From assembly GCA_965204535.1 (NCBI GenBank), contig OZ241996.1, forward strand, positions 224,001-288,000: 64,000 bases of DNA. Reading direction: 5' to 3'. This stretch comes from a bacterium (lineage in GTDB: Bacteria; UBA8248). Position numbers and translations under genes: made by a program. The notes beneath the pieces were generated by a model. That model did no database searches. It was not told where the DNA came from and was given only the letters and a program-made list of their open reading frames with translations. Shown here one piece after another: positions 9,764-18,734 of the stretch (position 1 is its first letter; every line of letters begins with the position of its first letter).

Positions 9764-10233
9764 AATCATCCCCCATTCCGGCCCGAACTACTGCTTCAAG
9801 GCACTACCATCACGGCCCGCCCGAACGCTTACTCCTTGTCGCCGGGTAGGTGTCCATATAAGTTTGAATCAGCCTGCTTTCGATTTGCTTACTTATTACA
9901 GAAAGCGAATCTCAATCGAAATTCCCAAATACAAATACCCGCAATACTTTTAATAAACTACAAGCATTTCACGCTCGCGGGAGATTCCCCAGCCTCTCTA
10001 AACGGACGAAACATCGGTTCGAAATTGTCCGCTCCTTGATTGGAACAGGTTCCACTGTCGTGACTCCGGACTTCTGGAAAGTGTTCTCGACGTTTTCTTT
10101 GTAGAAAATGTATATAGCCCTCGACCGGCTTAGGCTCCCTCCCAAAACCTGCTAAGATAACGCCAAACACTTCATGGAAAAGGGAATCGCCGAAAACCCG
10201 GGATTCTCCCTCGAATCAGGTGGAGTCTTTGCA

Positions 10234-11421
10234 GTGTCCGAACCATTCTTGCCGCTCGCGCGCTTCAAGGTGCTCGACCTCACGCAGGCCCGCTCGGGGC
10301 CAACGGCGGTGCGCCAACTCGCTGACTGGGGAGCAGAGGTGGTCAAGATCGAGCTTCCCGCCTCGATGGGAGTGGACGTGATGGGCGGGCGCAGGCACGG
10401 GTTCGATTTCCAGAATCTGCACCGCAACAAGAAAAGTCTCACGCTCAACCTCAAGACCGAAAAGGGCAAGGAGATTTTCTTCGAACTGGCGAAGAACGCT
10501 GACGTCATCGTCGAGAACTACCGTCCCCGCGTGAAGAAGCGCTTGGGCGTCGATTATGAGACCGTGCGGCGGGTGAACCCCGGAATCGTCTACGGAAGCA
10601 TTTCGGGTTTCGGGCAAGCGGGTCCCTACGCCGAGAGGCCGGGGCTGGACCAGATAGCCCAGGGAATGAGCGGGCTGATGTCGGTCACCGGCGCGCCGGG
10701 GGGCGGGCCGATGCGCGCCGGCGTTCCGGTTTCTGACTTGTCCGCGGGCATAATTCTCGCTCAGGGGATACTGATGGCTCTGCTCGATCGTGAGAAGACG
10801 GGCAAGGGGCGGTGGGTGCACACCTCCCTGCTCGAAGCGCAGATCCAGATGATGGACTTCCAAATGGCGCGCTACCTGATGGCGGGGGAGGTCCCCGGCC
10901 AGGCGGGCAACAATCACCCCACGTTCATTCCCACCGGCGTGTTCGAGACGGCGGACGGCCGTATCAACATCCAAGCGGGCGGGCAGCGTTTGTGGGAGCG
11001 CTTGACAGTGGCGCTCGGCGCGCCGGCGTTGGCGGAAAATCCCGACTACGCGGATAGAGAGAGCCGCCTAAGGAACCGAGACGCCCTGAATGCGCGCATC
11101 AACGCCCTGACGTCTCAGAAAAAAACCGGAGAATGGGTGGCGCTCCTGAACGAGGCGGGGATTCCATGTGGCCCCATCTATTCGGTGGATCAGACGATGG
11201 CGGACCCTCAGGTCGAGACGCTGGGCATGGCGCCTGAAGTCCATCATCCCGCACTCGGGCGGATGCGCGTCGTCGGCCAAGCCCTCAAGATGAACAATAG
11301 CCCCCAGCCCATGCGCTCCGCAGCGCCCGAGCCGGGCGAGCACACCGGAGAATTGCTGAAGGAACTCTTGGGCTATGACGCGGCCCAAATCGAGGCGTTG
11401 CGCGAGGAGGGCGTGGTGTGA
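10234..11421 (+). CDS. CaiB/BaiF family III CoA transferase
   Basis: KVLDLTQARSGP, LADWGAEVVKIE, RNKKSLTLNLK, DVIVENYRP, ISGFGQ.GPY. Confidence 0.93.
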   Translation: MSEPFLPLARFKVLDLTQARSGPTAVRQLADWGAEVVKIELPASMGVDVMGGRRHGFDFQNLHRNKKSLTLNLKTEKGKEIFFELAKNADVIVENYRPRVKKRLGVDYETVRRVNPGIVYGSISGFGQAGPYAERPGLDQIAQGMSGLMSVTGAPGGGPMRAGVPVSDLSAGIILAQGILMALLDREKTGKGRWVHTSLLEAQIQMMDFQMARYLMAGEVPGQAGNNHPTFIPTGVFETADGRINIQAGGQRLWERLTVALGAPALAENPDYADRESRLRNRDALNARINALTSQKKTGEWVALLNEAGIPCGPIYSVDQTMADPQVETLGMAPEVHHPALGRMRVVGQALKMNNSPQPMRSAAPEPGEHTGELLKELLGYDAAQIEALREEGVV

Positions 11422-12212
11422 AGCCGGGCACGGAGAAGATGATCGCGAAGGTTGAGGACGAAATCGGCTGGATGGTCTTCAACAACCCCGAGAAGAGAAA
11501 CGCCGTGAGCCTCGATATGTGGGAGGCGATTCCGGGGATCATCGAATCCTTCGAGGCGGACGATGCGGTACGCGTCGTCGTCATGCGCGGGGCGGGGGAG
11601 AAGGCCTTCGTCTCGGGAGCCGACATTTCCGAGTTCGAGAAGAGGCGAAACGACCCCGGGAAGGTGAAACATTATTCGAGCGTGTTGTGGCGCGCCAAGC
11701 GCAGCCTGACGGGTCTGCGAAAGCCCCTGATCGCCATGATCCACGGCTACTGTCTGGGCGGCGGCCTGACGCTCGCCCTGAGCGCGGACATTCGCATCGC
11801 TTCCGAAGACGCCCTCTTCGGGGTTCCGGCGGCCCGGCTCGGCATGGCCTACGGGCACGAGAGCATGCGCGAACTCATCGCGCTGGTGGGACCCGCGCGC
11901 GCCAAGGAGATGACCTTTTCCGCAGAGCGGTTTTCCGCCCGGGAGGCGCTCGATTTCGGCCTCGTGAACCGCGTGGCGCCGGCGGAAGAACTCGAAGCAA
12001 GTGTCCGCGCCCTGGCCGCTAAAATCGCGGCGAACGCCCCCTTGTCCGTCCGGGCGTACAAGACGGCCATTGCGGAAGCCCAGAAAGACGAGGCGAAACG
12101 CGACCTGGAAGCGGTTCAGGCGGCCGTGCAGGCGTGTTTCGAGAGCGCGGACTACATTGAGGGAAGAAAGGCCTTCATGGAGAAGAGACCGCCCCACTTC
12201 ACGGGGCGCTAA
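11418..12212 (+). CDS. Enoyl-CoA hydratase/isomerase family protein
   Basis: NNPEKRNA, AFVSGADISEF, GYCLGGG, EGRKAFMEKR.P.F.GR; overlaps the previous stop (GTGA). Confidence 0.93.
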   Translation: MKPGTEKMIAKVEDEIGWMVFNNPEKRNAVSLDMWEAIPGIIESFEADDAVRVVVMRGAGEKAFVSGADISEFEKRRNDPGKVKHYSSVLWRAKRSLTGLRKPLIAMIHGYCLGGGLTLALSADIRIASEDALFGVPAARLGMAYGHESMRELIALVGPARAKEMTFSAERFSAREALDFGLVNRVAPAEELEASVRALAAKIAANAPLSVRAYKTAIAEAQKDEAKRDLEAVQAAVQACFESADYIEGRKAFMEKRPPHFTGR

Positions 12213-12249
12213 GAGGTTGTCTGTTTGTATGTTTTTTAGGAGATAAGAA

Positions 12250-12582
12250 ATGGGCGGTTTTTACGATCTGCAGGAAGTGGACTACAAACAGCTCGAGGGC
12301 TACAAACGCCGGGTGATCGTGGGTGAGAACCTGATGCTCGTCTATGTCGAGCGCGAGGCCGGCTCCACCACGGAGCACAGCCACCCCAACGAGCAGATGA
12401 TCTATCTCTTGGAAGGCCGGGCGCGCTTCCGCCTCGGGGATGAGGAGCGCGAGATAAAGGCGGGCCAGGCGATACACGTCGAACCCGGTCTCGTGCATCA
12501 GGTCGATGCGCTCACGCCCATCCGCTACATCGGAATCTACAGTCCGCCACGCGAGGCGCTCATTCCGGGGAACGAGGGGTAG
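12250..12582 (+). CDS. Cupin-2 domain protein
   Basis: HSHPNEQ..Y.LEG and EPGLVH motifs. Confidence 0.85.
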   Translation: MGGFYDLQEVDYKQLEGYKRRVIVGENLMLVYVEREAGSTTEHSHPNEQMIYLLEGRARFRLGDEEREIKAGQAIHVEPGLVHQVDALTPIRYIGIYSPPREALIPGNEG

Positions 12583-12639
12583 GGTTTCGGGCCGCGTTGT
12601 CAGGTAGCGCGGTCTTTTTCTATCGAAAGGAGAAAGAAG

Positions 12640-13815
12640 GTGGCCAAAGCCATAGGACGCGCCGATTGGTTCGCGTATTTCCCGGAAGACTACCGCTGGT
12701 CGGCGGCGGTGAGCATGGCGTGTTCCGTCTCCTACTGGGGCGGGGCGGCGATGGGGGAGATCGATCAGGTCGGAAAGCGCTTAAAAGACAAGGTGGGAGA
12801 CGATGAAGCCTGGTTCGATGAGTGGAGCGGGATGGGAGATCGGGTGCGGAGGCTGGGACTGGCCGCGGAGCGCAAAGGAAACGACTTGACCGCCGCGGCG
12901 CTCCTGAAGCGCGCCTGCACCTACTACCAGCTCGGCGAGCGTTTCCGCACGCCCAAGGACAGGAAGGCGCTCGCGGCGTACAGGAAATCGCTTGATTGCT
13001 TCGAGCGTTTCGCCCGCCTGACGGATTCACCCCGAATCGAGCGCGTCGAGATTCCCTTCGAAGGAGATGCCGCACTGCCCGCCTGGCTGGTTCACGCCGA
13101 GAACACGAAAAAGGCGAAGCCCCCCGTCGTGGTGTATTTCGACGGCTTGGACGTCACCAAGGAAATCCAGTACATGCTCGGCGTCGAGGACATCGTCCGC
13201 CGGGGGATGAGCGTGCTCATCGTGGACGCGCCCGGCAACGGCGAGTCCATCCGCTTCCGAAAGCTCTATCTCCGCTACGACCACGAGGCGGCGGGCGGGG
13301 CCGCGCTCGATTATCTCGAAACGCGCGACGACGTGAACGCGAAGCGCGCAGGCGTGATGGGCATCAGCCTGGGCGGGTACTACGCTCCCAGAAACGCGAG
13401 CATGGAGAGGCGCTTCAAGGCGTGTGTGGGCTGGGGGGCGGAGCCTGATTATCACGAGCGCTGGAAGCGGCGCATCGAGGCGCAGTACAAGAGCGCGCTC
13501 TCGGTGCCTCCGCACCACATCCTCTGGATACTGAACGCCAAGACGGTGGAAGAGGCGCTCGAAAAACTGGAGGACTTCCGGCTCGACGGCGTCGTGCAGA
13601 AGATGCGCTGCCCCTATCTTCTCGTGCACGGCGAGGACGATCAGCAGGTTTCCTTGGAAGCGGCCCGCGCGCTGTTCCGCCTGGTGGGTTCCAAGGACAA
13701 GACCCTGCGCGTGTTCAGGAACGAGGAGGGCGGCGCGCAGCACTGCCAGATGGACAACGTGCCCATCGCCGTTCCCTACATGTGCGACTGGCTCGCGGAG
13801 AAGCTGAAGGCCTGA
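12640..13815 (+). CDS. Alpha/beta hydrolase, 2,6-dihydroxypseudooxynicotine hydrolase/FrsA-like (paralog 1)
   Basis: GLDVTKE, DAPGNGE, nucleophile elbow GISLGGYYAPR, HGEDD, EGGAQHCQ. Confidence 0.8.
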   Translation: MAKAIGRADWFAYFPEDYRWSAAVSMACSVSYWGGAAMGEIDQVGKRLKDKVGDDEAWFDEWSGMGDRVRRLGLAAERKGNDLTAAALLKRACTYYQLGERFRTPKDRKALAAYRKSLDCFERFARLTDSPRIERVEIPFEGDAALPAWLVHAENTKKAKPPVVVYFDGLDVTKEIQYMLGVEDIVRRGMSVLIVDAPGNGESIRFRKLYLRYDHEAAGGAALDYLETRDDVNAKRAGVMGISLGGYYAPRNASMERRFKACVGWGAEPDYHERWKRRIEAQYKSALSVPPHHILWILNAKTVEEALEKLEDFRLDGVVQKMRCPYLLVHGEDDQQVSLEAARALFRLVGSKDKTLRVFRNEEGGAQHCQMDNVPIAVPYMCDWLAEKLKA

Positions 13816-13825
13816 CCGCCCTGAA

Positions 13826-15187
13826 TCATGAGGCGGCGAAGCGCTCGCAGATGGCCGCCATGTATTTCGCGCCCTCGATCAGGTGCTCGATCTTGAGGTT
13901 CTCGTTCACGCTGTGCGTGCGCGCGGTGATGTAGCCCACGCCCGTCGAGCACAGCGGAATCCCCAGGTGGCGGATGATCGTCCAGGTCGGCGTGCTCCCG
14001 CTGCCGAAGGGGTTGATGATCGCCTCCTTGCCGTAGACATCCTGTGAGGCCGCTTGGCACGCCTTGACGACCGTGCTTTCGGGGTCGCTTTTGGCGGGGA
14101 AGGAGCCCGGCCCCAGCATCTCGACCTCGATGTCCGCAAAGCCGTGCTCCTCCAGATGGCGGCGCACGCAGTTGTAGATGTGCTCGGGCGTCTGGGCCAC
14201 CACGAGGCGGCAGTCGATCTTCGCGCTCGCGCGTCCCGCGACGATGGTCTTTCGCCCTTGGCCGGTGTAGCCCGCGTTGAGGCCTGCGATGTTGAAGGTG
14301 GGATTCGTCAGATGCCGTCTCGGCAACTCCTCTCCCGGCAGATCGAGAAGAAAACGCCTGAGTTCGAATTTTTCCATCCGCGCCTCGGCGTCATAGGATT
14401 TTATCTTCTCGATCAGCGCCTCTTCGGTCTCGTTCAGGGGGACGACCTCATCGTAGTATCCATCGATCAGGATGTTCTCGTTCTCGTCTTTCATCGTGCC
14501 CAGCGCCCAGGTGAGCCGCCAGCCGGCGTTCTCGTAAATCTGGGCGTGGCTGCTGTGAAAATCCACGTTCGCCGTCTGGCAACTGAGCTCGATATAGCAC
14601 ATCCCCTTGTTGCCGAGTGAGAGGACGGGGGCGTCCTCGCGGAAGGTGTCCTCCCAGACGCAGCCGTCGGCAGCCAGGAGTTCCTTGTTCTCGGGCACGA
14701 AGTGGCGCAGCGAGGGGCTGCTCATCTCCTCGTTGCCCTCGATCAGGTACTTCACGTTGCAGGGAAGCTCACCGCGCACCGCCAGGAAGGCCTCAAAGGC
14801 GGCCAGACGGCTCATGATGTTGCCCTTGTTGTCCGTCGCCCCACGGGCGAAGACGTGGCCGTCCCGAATCGCGGGCTCGAAAGGCGGGCTTATCCATTCA
14901 TCCACCGGATCGGGCGGCTGGACGTCGTAGTGGTTGTAGAAGAGAAGCGTCTTGTCGGAGCGCCCCGGCAGAAAGCCTGTGAAGATGGGGTTGTGCGAGG
15001 TTTCATGCCGGGTGACGTCGAAGCCGGTTCTTTCCAGGCGCTCCTGGGTGAGTGCGGCCATGCCCTCTATCCCGATGTGGGTGGTGGAGATACTCGGCTG
15101 GCGGCAGAGCTCGCACAGATCCTCCACCGTCTGCTCTGCGTGCGCGTCGATGTAGGCGAATACGTCGGAAAGCGCTCCAGTCGTCAT
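13826..15187 (-). CDS. M20 family metallopeptidase/deacylase
   Basis: YNHYDVQPPDP, ARGATDNKG, EGNEE.SS, HSS, HS.NE. Confidence 0.9.
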   Translation of the reverse strand: MTTGALSDVFAYIDAHAEQTVEDLCELCRQPSISTTHIGIEGMAALTQERLERTGFDVTRHETSHNPIFTGFLPGRSDKTLLFYNHYDVQPPDPVDEWISPPFEPAIRDGHVFARGATDNKGNIMSRLAAFEAFLAVRGELPCNVKYLIEGNEEMSSPSLRHFVPENKELLAADGCVWEDTFREDAPVLSLGNKGMCYIELSCQTANVDFHSSHAQIYENAGWRLTWALGTMKDENENILIDGYYDEVVPLNETEEALIEKIKSYDAEARMEKFELRRFLLDLPGEELPRRHLTNPTFNIAGLNAGYTGQGRKTIVAGRASAKIDCRLVVAQTPEHIYNCVRRHLEEHGFADIEVEMLGPGSFPAKSDPESTVVKACQAASQDVYGKEAIINPFGSGSTPTWTIIRHLGIPLCSTGVGYITARTHSVNENLKIEHLIEGAKYMAAICERFAAS

Positions 15188-15317
15188 GGTTTCTCCTCAC
15201 GGCGTCATCGAGTGGATTCATGTTATAGGTGGATATATCATAGCCTGAATCTTCATCAACATTCACTTGGCCGGAGCGAAGCGGCCATCTGGCGCGGGAG
15301 GCGGGATTTTGGCGGAT

Positions 15318-16484
15318 ATGCCGGTGGAGGCGAACTGGTTCACGTATTTTCCGGGAGAGTACCGCTGGTCCTCGGCGGTTTGTTTCATGATTTCATGCGC
15401 CAGATGGGGCGCTTCGGAGATTGGCGAGATCGACCGGGTGGGGCGTCGGCTCGCCCAGGAGCCGGGAGATGACGAGGCCTGGTTCCGCGAATGGGTGCGC
15501 ATGGGCGACCGCGTTCGCAAGCTCGGTCTGGCGGCGGAGAATGAGGCTTCGAGCTTCACCGCGGCCGCCCATCATCTCCGGGCGTGCGTCTATTACCAGA
15601 TGGGCGAGCGCTTCCGCACGCCCAAGGACAGGCGTGGCCACACCGTCTTCAGGAAATCGCTCGATTGTTTTCAACGCTTCGCCAGCCTGACGAACAGGCC
15701 GCGAATCGAGCGCGTCGAGATTCCCTACGAGAGAGGCGCGTCGCTGCCCGCCTGGTTCGTCCACGCCGAGAACACGAGAAGAAGAAAGCCGCCTGTCGTG
15801 GTCTTTTTCGACGGTCTCGATAACACCAAGGAACTCGTCTACGTCCGGGGGGTGGAGAGCCTGGTCGCGCGCGGGATGAGCTGCCTCGTCGTGGACGGGC
15901 CGGGTTCGGGCGAGGCGGCGCGTTTCAGAAACCTCTACCTCCGCCATGACTATGAGGTCGTGGGCTCGGCCGCGCTCGATTATCTCGAAACGAGAGGGGA
16001 CGTGAACGCGAGGCGCGCAGGGATCATCGCGTTAAGCGCGGGGGGATACTACGCGCCCCGGGCGGCGAGCATGGACCATCGCTACAAGGCCTGCGTCGCT
16101 TGGGGAGCGATCTGGGACTACCACGCCACCTGGAAAAAGCGCCTCGCGGCCTGGGGGACGTCGCTGCACGCGGTGCCCGACCACCACATCCTGTGGATCA
16201 TGGATGCGAAGACGCCGGCAGAAGCGCTCGAAAAGCTCGAGGGCTTTCGCCTCGACGGCGTGGTGCAGAAGATGCGCTGCCCCTTCCTGCTGGTCCACGG
16301 ATCGGAGGACAAGCAGATACCCATGCGCGATGCCAGGAAGCTCTTTAACGCCGTGGGCTCCAAAGACAAGACCTTCAAGGTATTCAAGGCGAAAGAAGGC
16401 GGCGCGCAGCATTGCCAGCGCGACAACATGACGCTGGGGACGACCTACATCTATGACTGGTTGCAGCAGAAACTGGGGGTTTGA
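15318..16484 (+). CDS. Alpha/beta hydrolase, DHPON hydrolase-like (paralog 2)
   Basis: Closely similar to 12640-13815; ALSAGGYYAPR, HGSED, EGGAQHCQ. Confidence 0.8.
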   Translation: MPVEANWFTYFPGEYRWSSAVCFMISCARWGASEIGEIDRVGRRLAQEPGDDEAWFREWVRMGDRVRKLGLAAENEASSFTAAAHHLRACVYYQMGERFRTPKDRRGHTVFRKSLDCFQRFASLTNRPRIERVEIPYERGASLPAWFVHAENTRRRKPPVVVFFDGLDNTKELVYVRGVESLVARGMSCLVVDGPGSGEAARFRNLYLRHDYEVVGSAALDYLETRGDVNARRAGIIALSAGGYYAPRAASMDHRYKACVAWGAIWDYHATWKKRLAAWGTSLHAVPDHHILWIMDAKTPAEALEKLEGFRLDGVVQKMRCPFLLVHGSEDKQIPMRDARKLFNAVGSKDKTFKVFKAKEGGAQHCQRDNMTLGTTYIYDWLQQKLGV

Positions 16485-16487
16485 GAG

Positions 16488-17417
16488 CTATTCCGTCAGC
16501 CGCTTCATCTTGGGGTCGAGCGTGTCCCGGAGCCAGTCGCCCAGCAGGTTCACGCTCAGCACCGTCAGCATGAGGATCATGCCCGGGAAAAACGCTATCC
16601 ACCACGCCGTGTCGATGTATTCGCGCCCACGGGATAGCATCCCGCCCCAGGTAGGCGTCGGCGGCGGAACGCCCACGCCGAGGAAAGAGAGCGCCGCCTC
16701 GATGATGATCATCCGCCCGAGATAGAGCGTGGCGATGACGATGGCGGGCGAGAGCACGTTCGGCAGCACGTGCATGAACAGGACGCGGAAGGTCGAGCAC
16801 CCCGAGGCCTTCGCCCCCGTGATGTATTCGACTTCCTTCACCGACAAGACGGTGCCGCGTATCACGCGCGCATAGACGATCCACGTTCTGATGGCGATGG
16901 CGAGGATGACGTTCCTCAGGCTCGGCCCTAGGATGGCGACGATGCTCATGGCCAGGAGGATGAAGGGTATCGAGAGCGCCGAGTCGATGATGCGGCTGAT
17001 GATCGAGTCGATAATTCCGCCGAAGTAGCCGGCCACGATACCGAGCGTGATACCGATAAAGCCGCTCACCACGACGGCGGCGAATCCCACGATGAGCGAT
17101 ATGCGCGCGCCCCAGATGATGCGGCTCAGCATGTCGCGCCCCTGCTGGTCGGTTCCGAGCAGGTAATAGTTGCCCGCCGCGTCGGTGAATCCCGGGGGCT
17201 TCAGGAAGATTCTCAGGTTCTGATCGTAGGGGTCGAGCGGCGCGAAGAACTCGGGCACGACGGCCCAGAGGAACACGATGACGAGGGTGATCAGACCGAA
17301 CAGCGCGGGCGGGCGGCGCCTCAGGTCCCGCATGGCCAACTGGAAGTTTGATGGCCCGCGCGGTTCTTCGGCTTCCTCCGCGAATTCGCCTATCGTCGCT
17401 TGCTGTTCCTGAGCCAA
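16488..17417 (-). CDS. Peptide/nickel ABC transporter permease (DppC/OppC-like)
   Basis: LGTDQQGRDMLSRIIWGARISL, EAALSFLG.G..PP.P.WG, N.LGD.LRD.LDP. Confidence 0.93.
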   Translation of the reverse strand: MAQEQQATIGEFAEEAEEPRGPSNFQLAMRDLRRRPPALFGLITLVIVFLWAVVPEFFAPLDPYDQNLRIFLKPPGFTDAAGNYYLLGTDQQGRDMLSRIIWGARISLIVGFAAVVVSGFIGITLGIVAGYFGGIIDSIISRIIDSALSIPFILLAMSIVAILGPSLRNVILAIAIRTWIVYARVIRGTVLSVKEVEYITGAKASGCSTFRVLFMHVLPNVLSPAIVIATLYLGRMIIIEAALSFLGVGVPPPTPTWGGMLSRGREYIDTAWWIAFFPGMILMLTVLSVNLLGDWLRDTLDPKMKRLTE

Positions 17418-17429
17418 AACCCTCTCCCC

Positions 17430-18365
17430 TTAGCTGTAGACGATGCGCGGGTCGAGCCACGCGTAGATGATGTCCACGATCAGGTTGATGATGACGAAAA
17501 TGAGCGCGAGCAGCGTCACCGCCGCCTGGACGACGGGATAATCCTGGTTGTTGATGGCGTCGATGACCAGAAAGCCCACGCCCGGCCACGCGAAGACGGC
17601 TTCGGTCACGACGGTGCCGCCGAGCAGCACGCCGAGTTCGAGCCCTATCAGCGTGACGACGGGGATGGAGGCGTTCTTGAGCGCGTGGCGCACGACGACC
17701 AGATACTCCGAGACGCCCTTCGAGCGCGCCGTCTGGATGTAGTCGCTGCCCAGCACCTCAAGCATGCCCGAGCGCACCACCCGCATGATGCGCGCCGTCT
17801 GGTAGAGCCCCGCCGTCAGCGCGGGGAGGATGATGTACTCCCATCCCTCGTATCCCGATGTGGGCAGCAGGTCGAGGGCGACGGCGAAGACGAGGATGAA
17901 CATGAGGCCGAGCCAGAAGTTCGGCATCGACTGGCCGAACATCGAGCCGACGGAGCTGACGTGGTCGATCCAGGTGTTGCGGAACGTGGCCGACAGGATG
18001 CCGGTGGGCAGGGCGACCACGATCGAGATGATGACGGCGACGATGGCCAGGTCAATGGTCGCCGGAAAATGCTCCAGCACCAGGTCCACGGCGGGGAGCT
18101 CGTGGCGGAACGAATAGCCGAAATCCGCCCGGAGAACGCCCTTGCTCTTCCCGAAGCCGAAGAGGAAGTTGTAGTACTGCACGTGGAGCGGCTTGTCGAA
18201 GCCCATCGCCTTTCGGAACTCGGCCACGTCCTCGAGGGTGGAATCCTCGGGCATCAGCACGTCGGCGGGGTCGCCCGTCAAGTGCAGCATCACGAAGACG
18301 ACGACCAGCACCACCTTGATGACGATCAGGCTTTGGAGCAGCCTGCGGATGACGTATGCCCGCAT
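17430..18365 (-). CDS. Peptide/nickel ABC transporter permease (DppB/OppB-like)
   Basis: YVIRRLLQS, DFGYSF, DYIQTARSKG, RHALKNA, E.VFAWPG.G, DPRI. Confidence 0.93.
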   Translation of the reverse strand: MRAYVIRRLLQSLIVIKVVLVVVFVMLHLTGDPADVLMPEDSTLEDVAEFRKAMGFDKPLHVQYYNFLFGFGKSKGVLRADFGYSFRHELPAVDLVLEHFPATIDLAIVAVIISIVVALPTGILSATFRNTWIDHVSSVGSMFGQSMPNFWLGLMFILVFAVALDLLPTSGYEGWEYIILPALTAGLYQTARIMRVVRSGMLEVLGSDYIQTARSKGVSEYLVVVRHALKNASIPVVTLIGLELGVLLGGTVVTEAVFAWPGVGFLVIDAINNQDYPVVQAAVTLLALIFVIINLIVDIIYAWLDPRIVYS

Positions 18366-18734
18366 GTTTCGACCTTTCCTGACGCGCTCTCTCGTGAGCC
18401 GGGCAACCGACCACGCGAGGCGGGGTCTCCAATATCTTCCTGGATGCGCTCTGCTCCGGTGCGGAAAATGAGGAAGACGCCGCTTGTGCGATAAAGACGT
18501 ATTTCTCTATAATGCCGTTCAATCATTATAAGTCGAAGGGATTGATGCTTGTCAAATTGAATGCCCGTCCCGCTTGAATTGCGCCTGTCCGAGCGGTGAA
18601 GGCGTTCCCGGGCGGGGCCGATTACCGGGGCGCGGATCATGCGCCGCGTTAGCTGTTTTTGCAGCAGGGTATTGGAAGGAAGTTTTCGTCTGTTTTCGGA
18701 TTCTCGTTACGACACGAAAGGGAGGATGATTCAC

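Larger units (their letters stand above)
6420..9832 (+). mobile_element. IS66-like element (3413 bp) with TnpC and a DUF4338 passenger gene
   Basis: Perfect 26-bp terminal IR GTAAGCGTTCGGGCGGGCCGTGATGG (6420-6445 / 9807-9832); 8-bp target duplication TCCTTGTC (6412-6419 / 9833-9840). Confidence 0.95.
5447..9860 (+). mobile_element. Decayed IS1111-subgroup (IS110 family) element, interrupted by an IS66-like element
   Basis: Sub-terminal inverted repeats TATGGACGCCTACCCG (5453-5468) and CGGGTAGGTGTCCATA (9843-9858), 1 mismatch; transposase remnants; long 3' non-coding end. Outer ends are approximate. Confidence 0.8.
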
